A stretch of DNA of 64,000 nucleotides from a virus. A program made the position numbers and the translations under genes. The first letter of the stretch is position 1, and each line of letters begins with the position of its first letter. The notes under the pieces are model-generated. The model did no database searches. It was not told where the DNA came from and saw nothing but the letters and a program-made list of their open reading frames with translations. Shown piece after piece: positions 55,666 through 63,886 of the stretch. The stretch lies in IMG/VR virus record IMGVR_UViG_3300023208_000003, positions 1-64,000 of that record; one strand, given 5' to 3'.

Positions 55666-57299
55666 GATAAATCAGTGGCGTGCGTTCGGTAATGCCGCAA
55701 AAAAGCAGGGGCGTTATCAGTTCCTTTACGCATGCCACCAAATCCTTGTCCATGAATCATATACATAAACTCACCTTTCGTAGCATTTTGATAAATGGCG
55801 GTGTTTGAATTATTTTGTACCGCTTTACCTCCAATTGTTCCATTTGCCTTATACGTTGTATAAGCCTGCTTTTCCTCCTTAAGCATTATAATCATCGCTT
55901 CGGTTGATTTTTCAGGGTCGCAACGATTCTCACAGGTAGGTTCAATTCCTGCCTTTGCATAATACTCACCAGAAGTTCCATTCAACATTTGGTACAAACC
56001 AGTTGCTGATGATTTTGGATTTTTTGCGTATGGGTTATTACCACCCTCGATTGAACATAATTTTAAAAGATACTTTTTATCTTCTTCATCGAGTTCAGGG
56101 TGCTTGTCAGCCGTAGCGCGAACTTTTGCTTGAACTTCGGCAGCGCTTGGATGATTTTGCTTATAATTAGCTGGTCTGCAGGATGGAGCAGTCGAACCAA
56201 TTATTTGCTTATCTCCTGGAGCCGACTTACCATCATTGTATGTTCTACCATCTGGGCTATTTTCAAACTTAGGGCAACCGGTTTTTGCCTTTACATCAGC
56301 GTCAGATAACTTCTTTGGTGGAGTATTATCTTTTTTAAGCTGCTGGCCTGGCGCGTTTGGATTATCAGAAGCTGGATTAGTTCCTGTCGATTCTATTTTT
56401 TTGTTATCATTGATGTATGGCCATGGGTCAGTCTTACCGCCATTTGGTAAGATTAACTCAAAATGAAGGTGATTGCCAGTTCCAACGCCGGCATGACCTT
56501 CCTTAGCAATTGCTGTTCCCGAAGTTACCTTTTGACCGACACTAACATAAACCTGAGACATATGCGCGTACAGCGTGTCAGCTAAGTGAGTACCGTCTGG
56601 TGCAGTGTGCCGAATAATTACCTTATTGCCATAACCTTGAGATGTTCCATTTGAAACTGCTGCTATAACTTCGCCATCAGCAGCTGCTACAATATCAACA
56701 ATGCGACCACCACGCATCGCTAAGTCAATTCCTTTATGAAAATCAGTACATTTAGGGCAAGGCTTAGCACGGGGACCATAATCACTGGTTTTTACAGAAC
56801 CTGGCAACGGGTTAATTAAAGTAAGTTCGTTACCATTACACTTTTTAGCAGCCATGTTATAAGTTCGCTCATCAATTTCTTTGTTGTTTGCGTCAATTGC
56901 TTTTACTGTAAAAGTCAACGTCTTCTTTTCAAATTCATCTTTAATTGTACCTGATAACTTTCCACTTGTCCCATCGAAAGTTAGCCCTAAATCACTTGGT
57001 TGCTTTTCGGCACCTTGATCATCCTTAATTTTTAACTCATATTTAGGCGGGCTTTGATATGCTGCAGAAAGTGATCCCTCAGTTAAAACAAAAGTTTCAT
57101 CCATTTTCATTTCGCAATTAGCAGAAACAGAATTGTTTTTAATTCGATCAGGCGTTGGCGGAGTCGCTTGCATTTCATCAGCATCATCATCTCTAGCTGA
57201 AGCGCACTCAATGCTCTCTCCTTTTTGAAGATAATTATGAAGAACTTTTGCAATTCCTGATGATTTTTTAGCAGAAACTGAAGCGCAAGGGCAACCCAT
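55662..57299 (-). CDS. multidomain peptidoglycan hydrolase: Ig-like + M23 peptidase + lysozyme/SLT-like domain
   Basis: GLTFDGTSGKLSGT (Ig), HKGIDLA and HLHFE (M23), CSIEGG and ATGLYQML (transglycosylase). Confidence 0.85.
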   Translation of the reverse strand: MGCPCASVSAKKSSGIAKVLHNYLQKGESIECASARDDDADEMQATPPTPDRIKNNSVSANCEMKMDETFVLTEGSLSAAYQSPPKYELKIKDDQGAEKQPSDLGLTFDGTSGKLSGTIKDEFEKKTLTFTVKAIDANNKEIDERTYNMAAKKCNGNELTLINPLPGSVKTSDYGPRAKPCPKCTDFHKGIDLAMRGGRIVDIVAAADGEVIAAVSNGTSQGYGNKVIIRHTAPDGTHLADTLYAHMSQVYVSVGQKVTSGTAIAKEGHAGVGTGNHLHFELILPNGGKTDPWPYINDNKKIESTGTNPASDNPNAPGQQLKKDNTPPKKLSDADVKAKTGCPKFENSPDGRTYNDGKSAPGDKQIIGSTAPSCRPANYKQNHPSAAEVQAKVRATADKHPELDEEDKKYLLKLCSIEGGNNPYAKNPKSSATGLYQMLNGTSGEYYAKAGIEPTCENRCDPEKSTEAMIIMLKEEKQAYTTYKANGTIGGKAVQNNSNTAIYQNATKGEFMYMIHGQGFGGMRKGTDNAPAFLRHYRTHATDLS

Positions 57300-57300
57300 C

Positions 57301-57570
57301 TTACTTCACCTCATAAAAATGTTTTATTGCCTTAAGCTTTTCCTCGATAATATTCATTCTTTCCTCTGAGCGAATAATAAACATTGCAACATCTCGCTGA
57401 GTTATCTTATCAACGTCAAGCTGAAAGTCTTGTGGTGGTATCTCAAGCAGCTCTTGTGGCGGTTGCTTAAAAACATACTCGGTTTTAACTACTACGTTAG
57501 GTTTTGAAGGTGTTGCACAACCGCTTAAAAAAACTAACGAAAATGTTATGATAATTAGAATTTTATTCAT
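57301..57570 (-). CDS. outer-membrane lipoprotein, o-spanin (Rz1-like)
   Basis: Signal peptide with lipobox LSGC, Pro-rich segment and C-terminal helix. Confidence 0.75.
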   Translation of the reverse strand: MNKILIIITFSLVFLSGCATPSKPNVVVKTEYVFKQPPQELLEIPPQDFQLDVDKITQRDVAMFIIRSEERMNIIEEKLKAIKHFYEVK

Positions 57571-57576
57571 TTTTGC

Positions 57577-58218
57577 TTACAATTTTGCGTACTTTGAGAA
57601 ACCTTTTTCAATTAACTCAGCTTTTGTCTCTAAAAGATCAGATTTATTATGCACCGACTGCTTTATAATTGTAAGCACTTTTGTTAAATCTGAATTATCA
57701 TCATCGAAAAAAATACCAGGCTTTGTTTCATCAAATTTAATAAACATAATTTGAAGCGGATTTACAATTGCTTTACAACCATAAAAAACAATAGAAGCGC
57801 CTATTTTTTTCGGCAATCCTTTTAATGATGTTAAATTTACGCATCCCTCAAGAGACAGAAATCCAGTATAAGTAGGAGCGTGCTCAAGGCTTTTTAAAGC
57901 TACACAATTAACAATATACATATCACCAATTACAGTAATCGGCCCACCTTCAAGTGTTTCAAGCTTACTACAATCAGAAAGATCAAAATAGCTTTTAATA
58001 TACGAAGGAGAGCCTTTTAATGATGTAATCTTTGAATGATTAAAATCAGCATACCCCTTTAATTTGCAACCAGGAACATATTGATAAAACTTATATCTTT
58101 CAACTAAGCCATCAAGCGAATCCCAATATTGCGGTATTTCTAAATCGGCGTAGCAAATAGGAATGTTATCCGTATTAGCGACTGGTTCTTTAAAACGTTT
58201 AACTTCACTAAGCTTCAT
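57577..58218 (-). CDS. array member 7: LRR-like repeat protein with conserved C-terminal tag
   Basis: ITSLKGSP, LETLEGGP, LKSLEHAP and LTSLKGLP repeats; ends DLLETKAELIEKGFSKYAKL. Confidence 0.8.
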   Translation of the reverse strand: MKLSEVKRFKEPVANTDNIPICYADLEIPQYWDSLDGLVERYKFYQYVPGCKLKGYADFNHSKITSLKGSPSYIKSYFDLSDCSKLETLEGGPITVIGDMYIVNCVALKSLEHAPTYTGFLSLEGCVNLTSLKGLPKKIGASIVFYGCKAIVNPLQIMFIKFDETKPGIFFDDDNSDLTKVLTIIKQSVHNKSDLLETKAELIEKGFSKYAKL

Positions 58219-58661
58219 TTTTTTTTACTGCTTCTAATGGTCTGAATGTCACGAAGCGTTTCGCGCAGAACCGGTGCAACCGGGCCATCGGCAAGCTTCG
58301 AGAGCTTCTTAGCTATATTGTCATATTGCTCATGGTTTTGGCGTATCACCTCGTTTAACCGGGTGACAGCTTGATATGCTTTAAGTTGTTCTTCCAGCAC
58401 CCGGTTCAAAGTTTCCTGGGTTGTACGGTTGGCATCAACTACAGTGTTTAGCTCTTGGGTAATTTGCCCAAGCTGCTGTTCGGCTTCTTTGTTCTTTTTG
58501 TTGAGGTACATCACGGTTCCTGCGGCGCCAATTAGTGCGATAGCAAGAACCCAGATTGTCCAACCTCGCTTTACAATGTTGGACGTACCTATCCAGGCAA
58601 CGCTAATTCCGTCCTTCGCTTTCTCTAACCAGGTAAGTGCTTGTTCGTTTGTATCACTCAT
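58215..58661 (-). CDS. probable i-spanin (Rz-like)
   Basis: One N-terminal TM segment (WTIWVLAIALIGAAGTVMYL) then a long coiled coil; GC-richer than neighbours. Confidence 0.6.
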   Translation of the reverse strand: MSDTNEQALTWLEKAKDGISVAWIGTSNIVKRGWTIWVLAIALIGAAGTVMYLNKKNKEAEQQLGQITQELNTVVDANRTTQETLNRVLEEQLKAYQAVTRLNEVIRQNHEQYDNIAKKLSKLADGPVAPVLRETLRDIQTIRSSKKK

Positions 58662-58662
58662 T

Positions 58663-59325
58663 TTAGTACTTCGCTATTTCTTTAAAACCATTTTCAATCA
58701 ACAACACTTTTAATCCCAGCGGATCATTTTCCTGAACATATTTTGAAACCTCTCTTTCAAAGCTTCTGCTCATTTCCCACTGTTTCATATCTGTCATAAT
58801 TTCAACAGTTTTTAGTCCTGGAATGCTGCAAAGATTTAGCCAACCCAATGTTTCAAAAGTGATTGATGCTTTTTCAGCGTGTTCAATTGTCTTTACTGCT
58901 TCAACCAAGTTAAAATTTCTATCATACTTATTGCTTGGAAAGCGAACACACTTTGATCGAATTTTTATACCTGATAGAGCGCCTTCATTAAAAGTTGTCC
59001 AGTAAAAATCAAATTTTGCTGGCTGCATTTGTTCATCATTTTTTAACAATAATTTTAAAGGTTCAATAAATTCAACGTCAACATCCATTGATTTTATTAA
59101 CGCAACTCTAAAAATTGAACTGCGAAATTTTGGATCCTTTTCTAAACCTAAGCCGCCGCCTTCAGTTAATTTTACTTTTTTTTCCGTAAAAGCTGGAATT
59201 GAATTTTTTACTTTATTATTGAACCAGCGGTGACCATGCATATTCGCATCATCAATCCAAACACTAATAAGAATTGGGTATTGAAAAAATTTAAGGCGTG
59301 CTTCTGATAATTCAATTAACTTCAT
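58663..59325 (-). CDS. array member 6 (most divergent tag)
   Basis: MKLIELSEA...DPLGLKVLLIENGFKEIAKY. Confidence 0.75.
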   Translation of the reverse strand: MKLIELSEARLKFFQYPILISVWIDDANMHGHRWFNNKVKNSIPAFTEKKVKLTEGGGLGLEKDPKFRSSIFRVALIKSMDVDVEFIEPLKLLLKNDEQMQPAKFDFYWTTFNEGALSGIKIRSKCVRFPSNKYDRNFNLVEAVKTIEHAEKASITFETLGWLNLCSIPGLKTVEIMTDMKQWEMSRSFEREVSKYVQENDPLGLKVLLIENGFKEIAKY

Positions 59326-60191
59326 AACTTTGCGTAAGCTCCTAAGCCGTTCTCAATTAACTCTGTCTTGCACTCAAGAATATCACCTACTTCTCCATCT
59401 GCAGATCGTATATAGTTGTTTATAATTTTTACAGCAGCTTCCATATTTTTAATTTTTGGCCCGGAACTATCAAAAAATGAAGATGTTTTATCAAGATAAA
59501 TTTCCCAAAGACGCACGCACAATAATGCAGATAGTAAATTAACAGGATTTTTCGCAGCGAAGCTAAAAGACTGGAGATGATCAAACTTTTTAAGGTTTTT
59601 TATATTAATGTTATCTGCAAAAAGTTTTAAAGATACTAAGCTCTCAGGTAAACCTTTTACATCAAGACTTGAATTTGCGTAAGCGCCTACAATTCTCATC
59701 CCTTTAACAAAAGAATCTGCTATGTCAAACGCTGGATAATTTGCATTACCAAGACGAATGTCAAATCCATCACTAATCGTAGCAGGAAATTCTTCCCAAG
59801 ATTTAAAGTTGCATCTTGAAAGAAATAGTCTAGTCATTTCATCAGGAAATCCAACAAAATTTTCAAAGCTCACTTTTAAAAATGATAATCTGCCGGCGTG
59901 CGTAATCTTAACGCGAAATTTTTCAACGCCACCATCATTTATAAAAAAGTCATCTGCGGAAACTTCATTTTGGTCAAGATTAACTTCTGATTGAGACACA
60001 TTTTTTATTATAAGTTCACCTTGAGAAATTATAGTATGAAGTGAACGCGGATTTATTTTATAAAAGCTGCTGCTCAAAAGCAAAGTTTCTTCAAAAAATT
60101 TTTCAACAGCGTCATAGGTGTCAAGCATCCAAGGACGATACGGAGTAATCTTTTTTCCAATATGTGGATTTTGTACCTCAAATAATTTCAT
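59322..60191 (-). CDS. array member 5 (degenerate LRR-like)
   Basis: MKLFEV...DILECKTELIENGLGAYAKL; N-half similar to member 4 (TPYxPWML). Confidence 0.8.
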   Translation of the reverse strand: MKLFEVQNPHIGKKITPYRPWMLDTYDAVEKFFEETLLLSSSFYKINPRSLHTIISQGELIIKNVSQSEVNLDQNEVSADDFFINDGGVEKFRVKITHAGRLSFLKVSFENFVGFPDEMTRLFLSRCNFKSWEEFPATISDGFDIRLGNANYPAFDIADSFVKGMRIVGAYANSSLDVKGLPESLVSLKLFADNINIKNLKKFDHLQSFSFAAKNPVNLLSALLCVRLWEIYLDKTSSFFDSSGPKIKNMEAAVKIINNYIRSADGEVGDILECKTELIENGLGAYAKL

Positions 60192-61009
60192 AACTTTGCA
60201 AACTCCTCAAGCTTTGCTTCAATTAATTCTGCTTTACAGTCGAGCACGTCTTTTTCTTTGTGAAGGTGTTTAACGATAATACTGCAAGCTTCGCCAGCTC
60301 TTACCATTGGTTCTTCCTTATCAATACCAGGGCCAGGACCTACAGCTATAAGTTCAGGGCAAAGCAAGAATGAAAGTAGACCAGTCGATTCTTTAAAGTA
60401 AAAAGTAAATTGACGAACGTGCGGGTAAAACTTTCCAACCTTCTTAAAGTTAATTGAGTTTCCGCCTGCAAACATCGAGCGTACATCCTGTGGGCCACCT
60501 TCAAGCGTTGGGATATCACTTTGATCGGTTACACCATAAACAAAATTCTTGCAACTTACGTGTGAGATATCAAAAGGTTTATATCCTTTCAAGTAAAAAT
60601 TTAAATCCTCATGAATAATCTGTGGAAACTCGTCAAAACTTTCAATTTCAGCTTCGTCAAGCGATAAAGTATTAACTGTATCAGGAAAACCTGCAAAATT
60701 TTTAAGTCGGACTCCTGCTGGTATTTGAAGCGTGTTAATATGCGACCACTTTGCTGGCAAAATATGGTAGCCATTTTTTTCAATGAAAAAAGAATCTATA
60801 GTTGGACCAAAAGACCCTTTAGGTTTGACAAAAATTGAATCATGACAGCTTACCTCTAAATTGCGAGGGTTGATTTTTGCCTTGTCATTGTCAAACAGTT
60901 TTAGCCCTTGAAGATACTCTTGTACCTCACGGTATGTTTTTAACATCCACGGGCAGTACGGTGTAACTTCGCGGTCTAAATAAGGTTGTAAAACTTCAAA
61001 TACTTTCAT
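60188..61009 (-). CDS. array member 4 (degenerate LRR-like)
   Basis: MKVFEV...DVLDCKAELIEAKLEEFAKL. Confidence 0.8.
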   Translation of the reverse strand: MKVFEVLQPYLDREVTPYCPWMLKTYREVQEYLQGLKLFDNDKAKINPRNLEVSCHDSIFVKPKGSFGPTIDSFFIEKNGYHILPAKWSHINTLQIPAGVRLKNFAGFPDTVNTLSLDEAEIESFDEFPQIIHEDLNFYLKGYKPFDISHVSCKNFVYGVTDQSDIPTLEGGPQDVRSMFAGGNSINFKKVGKFYPHVRQFTFYFKESTGLLSFLLCPELIAVGPGPGIDKEEPMVRAGEACSIIVKHLHKEKDVLDCKAELIEAKLEEFAKL

Positions 61010-61665
61010 AATTTTGCATTTTGTGAATATCCTTGTTCAATTAACTCAGCTTTAACGTCTAAAAGATCATGATTTGACCTAAGCGCGCCTTGAATTATTT
61101 TTGCCCAAGGAGTTTGATTTCCTGTAATAGTTATAAATTTAATGTAAGGAATTAACATTAGCCCTAAACCACCAACATTAATAAACTGCGGATTGTTTAA
61201 AATTATTTGATTTGCAAATGTAAATTTTTTATTAACACCTATTAAACTATTTAAAAAATTATGCGAACAATAAAGCTTTATTGAATAGTACTCATATGTT
61301 TCAGAATTAGGAAGTTCGCGAAAGCAAAGTTGCATATCATTGTCAATTCCAAGCTTATCACCAGTCACTTTAATTCCAACGTCATTTAAAATTTCATTTA
61401 CTTTATCAAGTTCATCCATTGTTATATTTGGTTTACAATTAAACAAGACTCTTATATAATGATTGCGTTTACCTGATAAAGTACCATTATCAAACATATC
61501 AGAATCAACATATTCAATACCTGGCAGAAATGTAGTGTCGTTAAGCGCGTCAATAACATTTTGTAAAGCAGAATAATCATCAAAGTTATTAGAAAATGAC
61601 ATTTTAGACTTAAGTGTAAGCCAATTTGGCGCCATCTCTATTAAAAATTGCTTAAAGCTTTGCAT
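61006..61665 (-). CDS. array member 3
   Basis: MQSFKQFLIEMA...DLLDVKAELIEQGYSQNAKL. Confidence 0.8.
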   Translation of the reverse strand: MQSFKQFLIEMAPNWLTLKSKMSFSNNFDDYSALQNVIDALNDTTFLPGIEYVDSDMFDNGTLSGKRNHYIRVLFNCKPNITMDELDKVNEILNDVGIKVTGDKLGIDNDMQLCFRELPNSETYEYYSIKLYCSHNFLNSLIGVNKKFTFANQIILNNPQFINVGGLGLMLIPYIKFITITGNQTPWAKIIQGALRSNHDLLDVKAELIEQGYSQNAKL

Positions 61666-62434
61666 ATTGACTAAATCCCTTTTCTATTAATTCTGCCTTA
61701 CAGTCAAGCATGTCACGTTCACCTTTTAAATGATTACTGATAATTTCAAACCATAATTCATTTTTTGTTATTGCGAAATTTGAATGAATAGAAAACTCTC
61801 CTTTTATTAATAAAATTCCAAGAACATTACTTTGAATATACGGAATAGTTCCAGCAGTAAAAACTATTTCACTAAATCCGTCTGCTAAAACACGAATATT
61901 TGAATACTGACTTTTCTTTTCATTAATAATAGTAGGGATCATTTTGTGAATATTCGTAAGTGATGTCGGTGAGCTTGCCTCAATAAAAACATCATCAACA
62001 TTATCAACTACGATACCTTTAAACGGAAGATTAATCCATACAAAACTATTAACTTCCATTTTTATGTCTGAACCAAATTCCGCACGAAGCTGTTGAATAA
62101 ACCCATTCCGTAACTTTAAGCAATCAACGCTTTGAACCAATGGAAATGACATTTCAAGTTCATATACCGGGCCATCAGCTCCAAGTGACGTTAAAATATC
62201 ATCGTCTTCATAATTATGTGTTCGCTTTAATGAAAAAGCGCGCTTAAAGTTATTTTTAACAGTGTTAAACTCTTCGACCGTAGCTGGAAATCTTCGCTCA
62301 AGATCAGATTTGCTTATTTCGTGATCTTCTCCATTAAAAAGTTCATCATCAGATTCAATAAAAATCTTAGGAACTATTTTAAAAGCTGTTACTGGTTGCA
62401 ACCCCTCTTTTAAGAAATGTTTAAAGTTTTGCAT
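61652..62434 (-). CDS. array member 2
   Basis: Start moved to ATG 62434: MQNFKHFLKEG...DMLDCKAELIEKGFSQYAKL. Confidence 0.8.
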   Translation of the reverse strand: MQNFKHFLKEGLQPVTAFKIVPKIFIESDDELFNGEDHEISKSDLERRFPATVEEFNTVKNNFKRAFSLKRTHNYEDDDILTSLGADGPVYELEMSFPLVQSVDCLKLRNGFIQQLRAEFGSDIKMEVNSFVWINLPFKGIVVDNVDDVFIEASSPTSLTNIHKMIPTIINEKKSQYSNIRVLADGFSEIVFTAGTIPYIQSNVLGILLIKGEFSIHSNFAITKNELWFEIISNHLKGERDMLDCKAELIEKGFSQYAKL

Positions 62435-63098
62435 GCTGTCCAAATCCATTTTTAATTAATTCTGTTTTACATTCAAGCAGGTCACGATCTTCACTTTTTA
62501 AGTAACCGTTCAAAGTACTTAACCAAACCGGTATATCATCAGTATCACAACGTAAAAATTCAAGATCATCAATTAATAAAAAACCAAGACCGCCCTCTTT
62601 AAATTCATTAATATCAAAAAGACTTAAAGTCTTAAATGAAAAAGTATCCTTTGTAATTTTAATTTTTTTATGAATACCGCAAAGACTTTCAAATTTAGTG
62701 TTACCATTTAAAAACAACTTAAAACCATCTGGTGACCAGACATTGTTTGGCATTTTAAAAAGATCAGCAAATATATTAACTGAAAATATTGAATATCCTA
62801 ATTCGCTAATTTGTTTTTCAATCCATTTAAATGTAGATTGCGAAATAAGTTCAGTGCACGGTTTAATCGCTTCAAAATCAAATTCAAGTTCACTACCACG
62901 ATCTAGATAAAAATCAATCGGTCGCAAATAAGGTTTAAATGAACTTTCATTCTTAAAGCTATAAACTAAACCACCAATATTATCTTTGAAATGATTAAGT
63001 TCTTCGCTAGATCTAGTAAAATTTACATCTAATACGATTTTAAAAAGTGCGTCATAATCAGGTTCAGCTTCTATTAAAAATTGCTTAAAGTTTTTCAT
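62421..63098 (-). CDS. array member 1
   Basis: Start moved to ATG 63098 (ATGA overlap): MKNFKQFLIEAE...DLLECKTELIKNGFGQHAKL. Confidence 0.8.
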   Translation of the reverse strand: MKNFKQFLIEAEPDYDALFKIVLDVNFTRSSEELNHFKDNIGGLVYSFKNESSFKPYLRPIDFYLDRGSELEFDFEAIKPCTELISQSTFKWIEKQISELGYSIFSVNIFADLFKMPNNVWSPDGFKLFLNGNTKFESLCGIHKKIKITKDTFSFKTLSLFDINEFKEGGLGFLLIDDLEFLRCDTDDIPVWLSTLNGYLKSEDRDLLECKTELIKNGFGQHAKL

Positions 63099-63637
63099 GG
63101 GGTCAACCAACACCTGTATTCTACGTGCATTGCATTTACAAAGATTCGCTCAAGCTCTGCTGGGCTAATACAAGTATCAGTGATTGGAAATCCGCCTTTC
63201 TTCCACATTTTTGCCGCCATTTCAGAACAAAATTCACCTTCTTCATTCACTGCTGGAAGCCAACAATATTGTTTTATGCCAGACCAAATAGCTTTCAAGT
63301 AACTGTATGGAGCTTTATTAATTTTAGAAAGTAAATCATCTGAAAATAATTTGAAATCAACATATGATGGCATCGCAAGAACATGAAGATCTTGTTTTGA
63401 ATATTCAGAAAGTGAAATAATTCTACGATGACTATCCATGGCTTCAACTAAAAACAAACGTTTTTCTTTTGTTAACTCATTTGTTAACCAAATTGCTATT
63501 CCAACATGATAAATTGGCGAGCCAGTAAAAAATGAAATCGTGCTGGCAAAAAGGGAGAATCTTTTAGGTCGAAGTATTGTTACAATATCACCACTTTCAA
63601 TTAACTCTCTACCTTGCGCGTACTGTAAAACTTTCAT
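63095..63637 (-). CDS. permuted papain-like (YiiX/YebB-type NlpC/P60) amidase/peptidase
   Basis: GDIV...TGSPIYHVGI (His), VEAM, Y, and C-terminal FCSE (Cys). Confidence 0.75.
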   Translation of the reverse strand: MKVLQYAQGRELIESGDIVTILRPKRFSLFASTISFFTGSPIYHVGIAIWLTNELTKEKRLFLVEAMDSHRRIISLSEYSKQDLHVLAMPSYVDFKLFSDDLLSKINKAPYSYLKAIWSGIKQYCWLPAVNEEGEFCSEMAAKMWKKGGFPITDTCISPAELERIFVNAMHVEYRCWLTP

Positions 63638-63873
63638 TAGACTATCCTTACTGAGCCAGTGCGAGCTACTGAATGATTTATTGTCAATGAATTGGCCGAT
63701 GTATACTCTATTGCTTCAGGAAACATAACAACTTTCTGCCCATTATAATCAATTCTTACGTCTAAAATTGGATACTGCTGATTTAAATTATGATTGATTA
63801 CCCAAATTGCTGAACTCGTATCTTGTGTAAAATTATAAGAAGGAACTCCAGGTGTCATTAAACTTTCAGACAT
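63637..63873 (-). CDS. small beta-rich protein, probably structural (WxIxHNL type)
   Basis: WVINHNLNQQYP...TGSVRIV; AGGAG SD. Confidence 0.7.
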   Translation of the reverse strand: MSESLMTPGVPSYNFTQDTSSAIWVINHNLNQQYPILDVRIDYNGQKVVMFPEAIEYTSANSLTINHSVARTGSVRIV

Positions 63874-63886
63874 AATTTTCTCCTGT

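Noticed and set aside
54389-57299. PAAR plus peptidoglycan hydrolase as a T6SS/eCIS toxin cassette
   Set aside because: PAAR spike tips are normal myophage baseplate parts; no immunity gene or T6SS components are present.
57577-63098. C-terminal AKL matches the eukaryotic peroxisomal targeting signal PTS1
   Set aside because: Everything else indicates a bacteriophage (SD sites, spanins, sigma70 and T4-late promoters); one member ends AKY; conservation covers 20 aa, not 3.
27672-63113. ORF-track start codons at 27672, 30730, 33357, 38104, 44617, 62449 and 63113
   Set aside because: Downstream ATGs (27696, 30754, 33396, 38113, 44686, 62434, 63098) have SD sites or stop/start overlaps and fit better.
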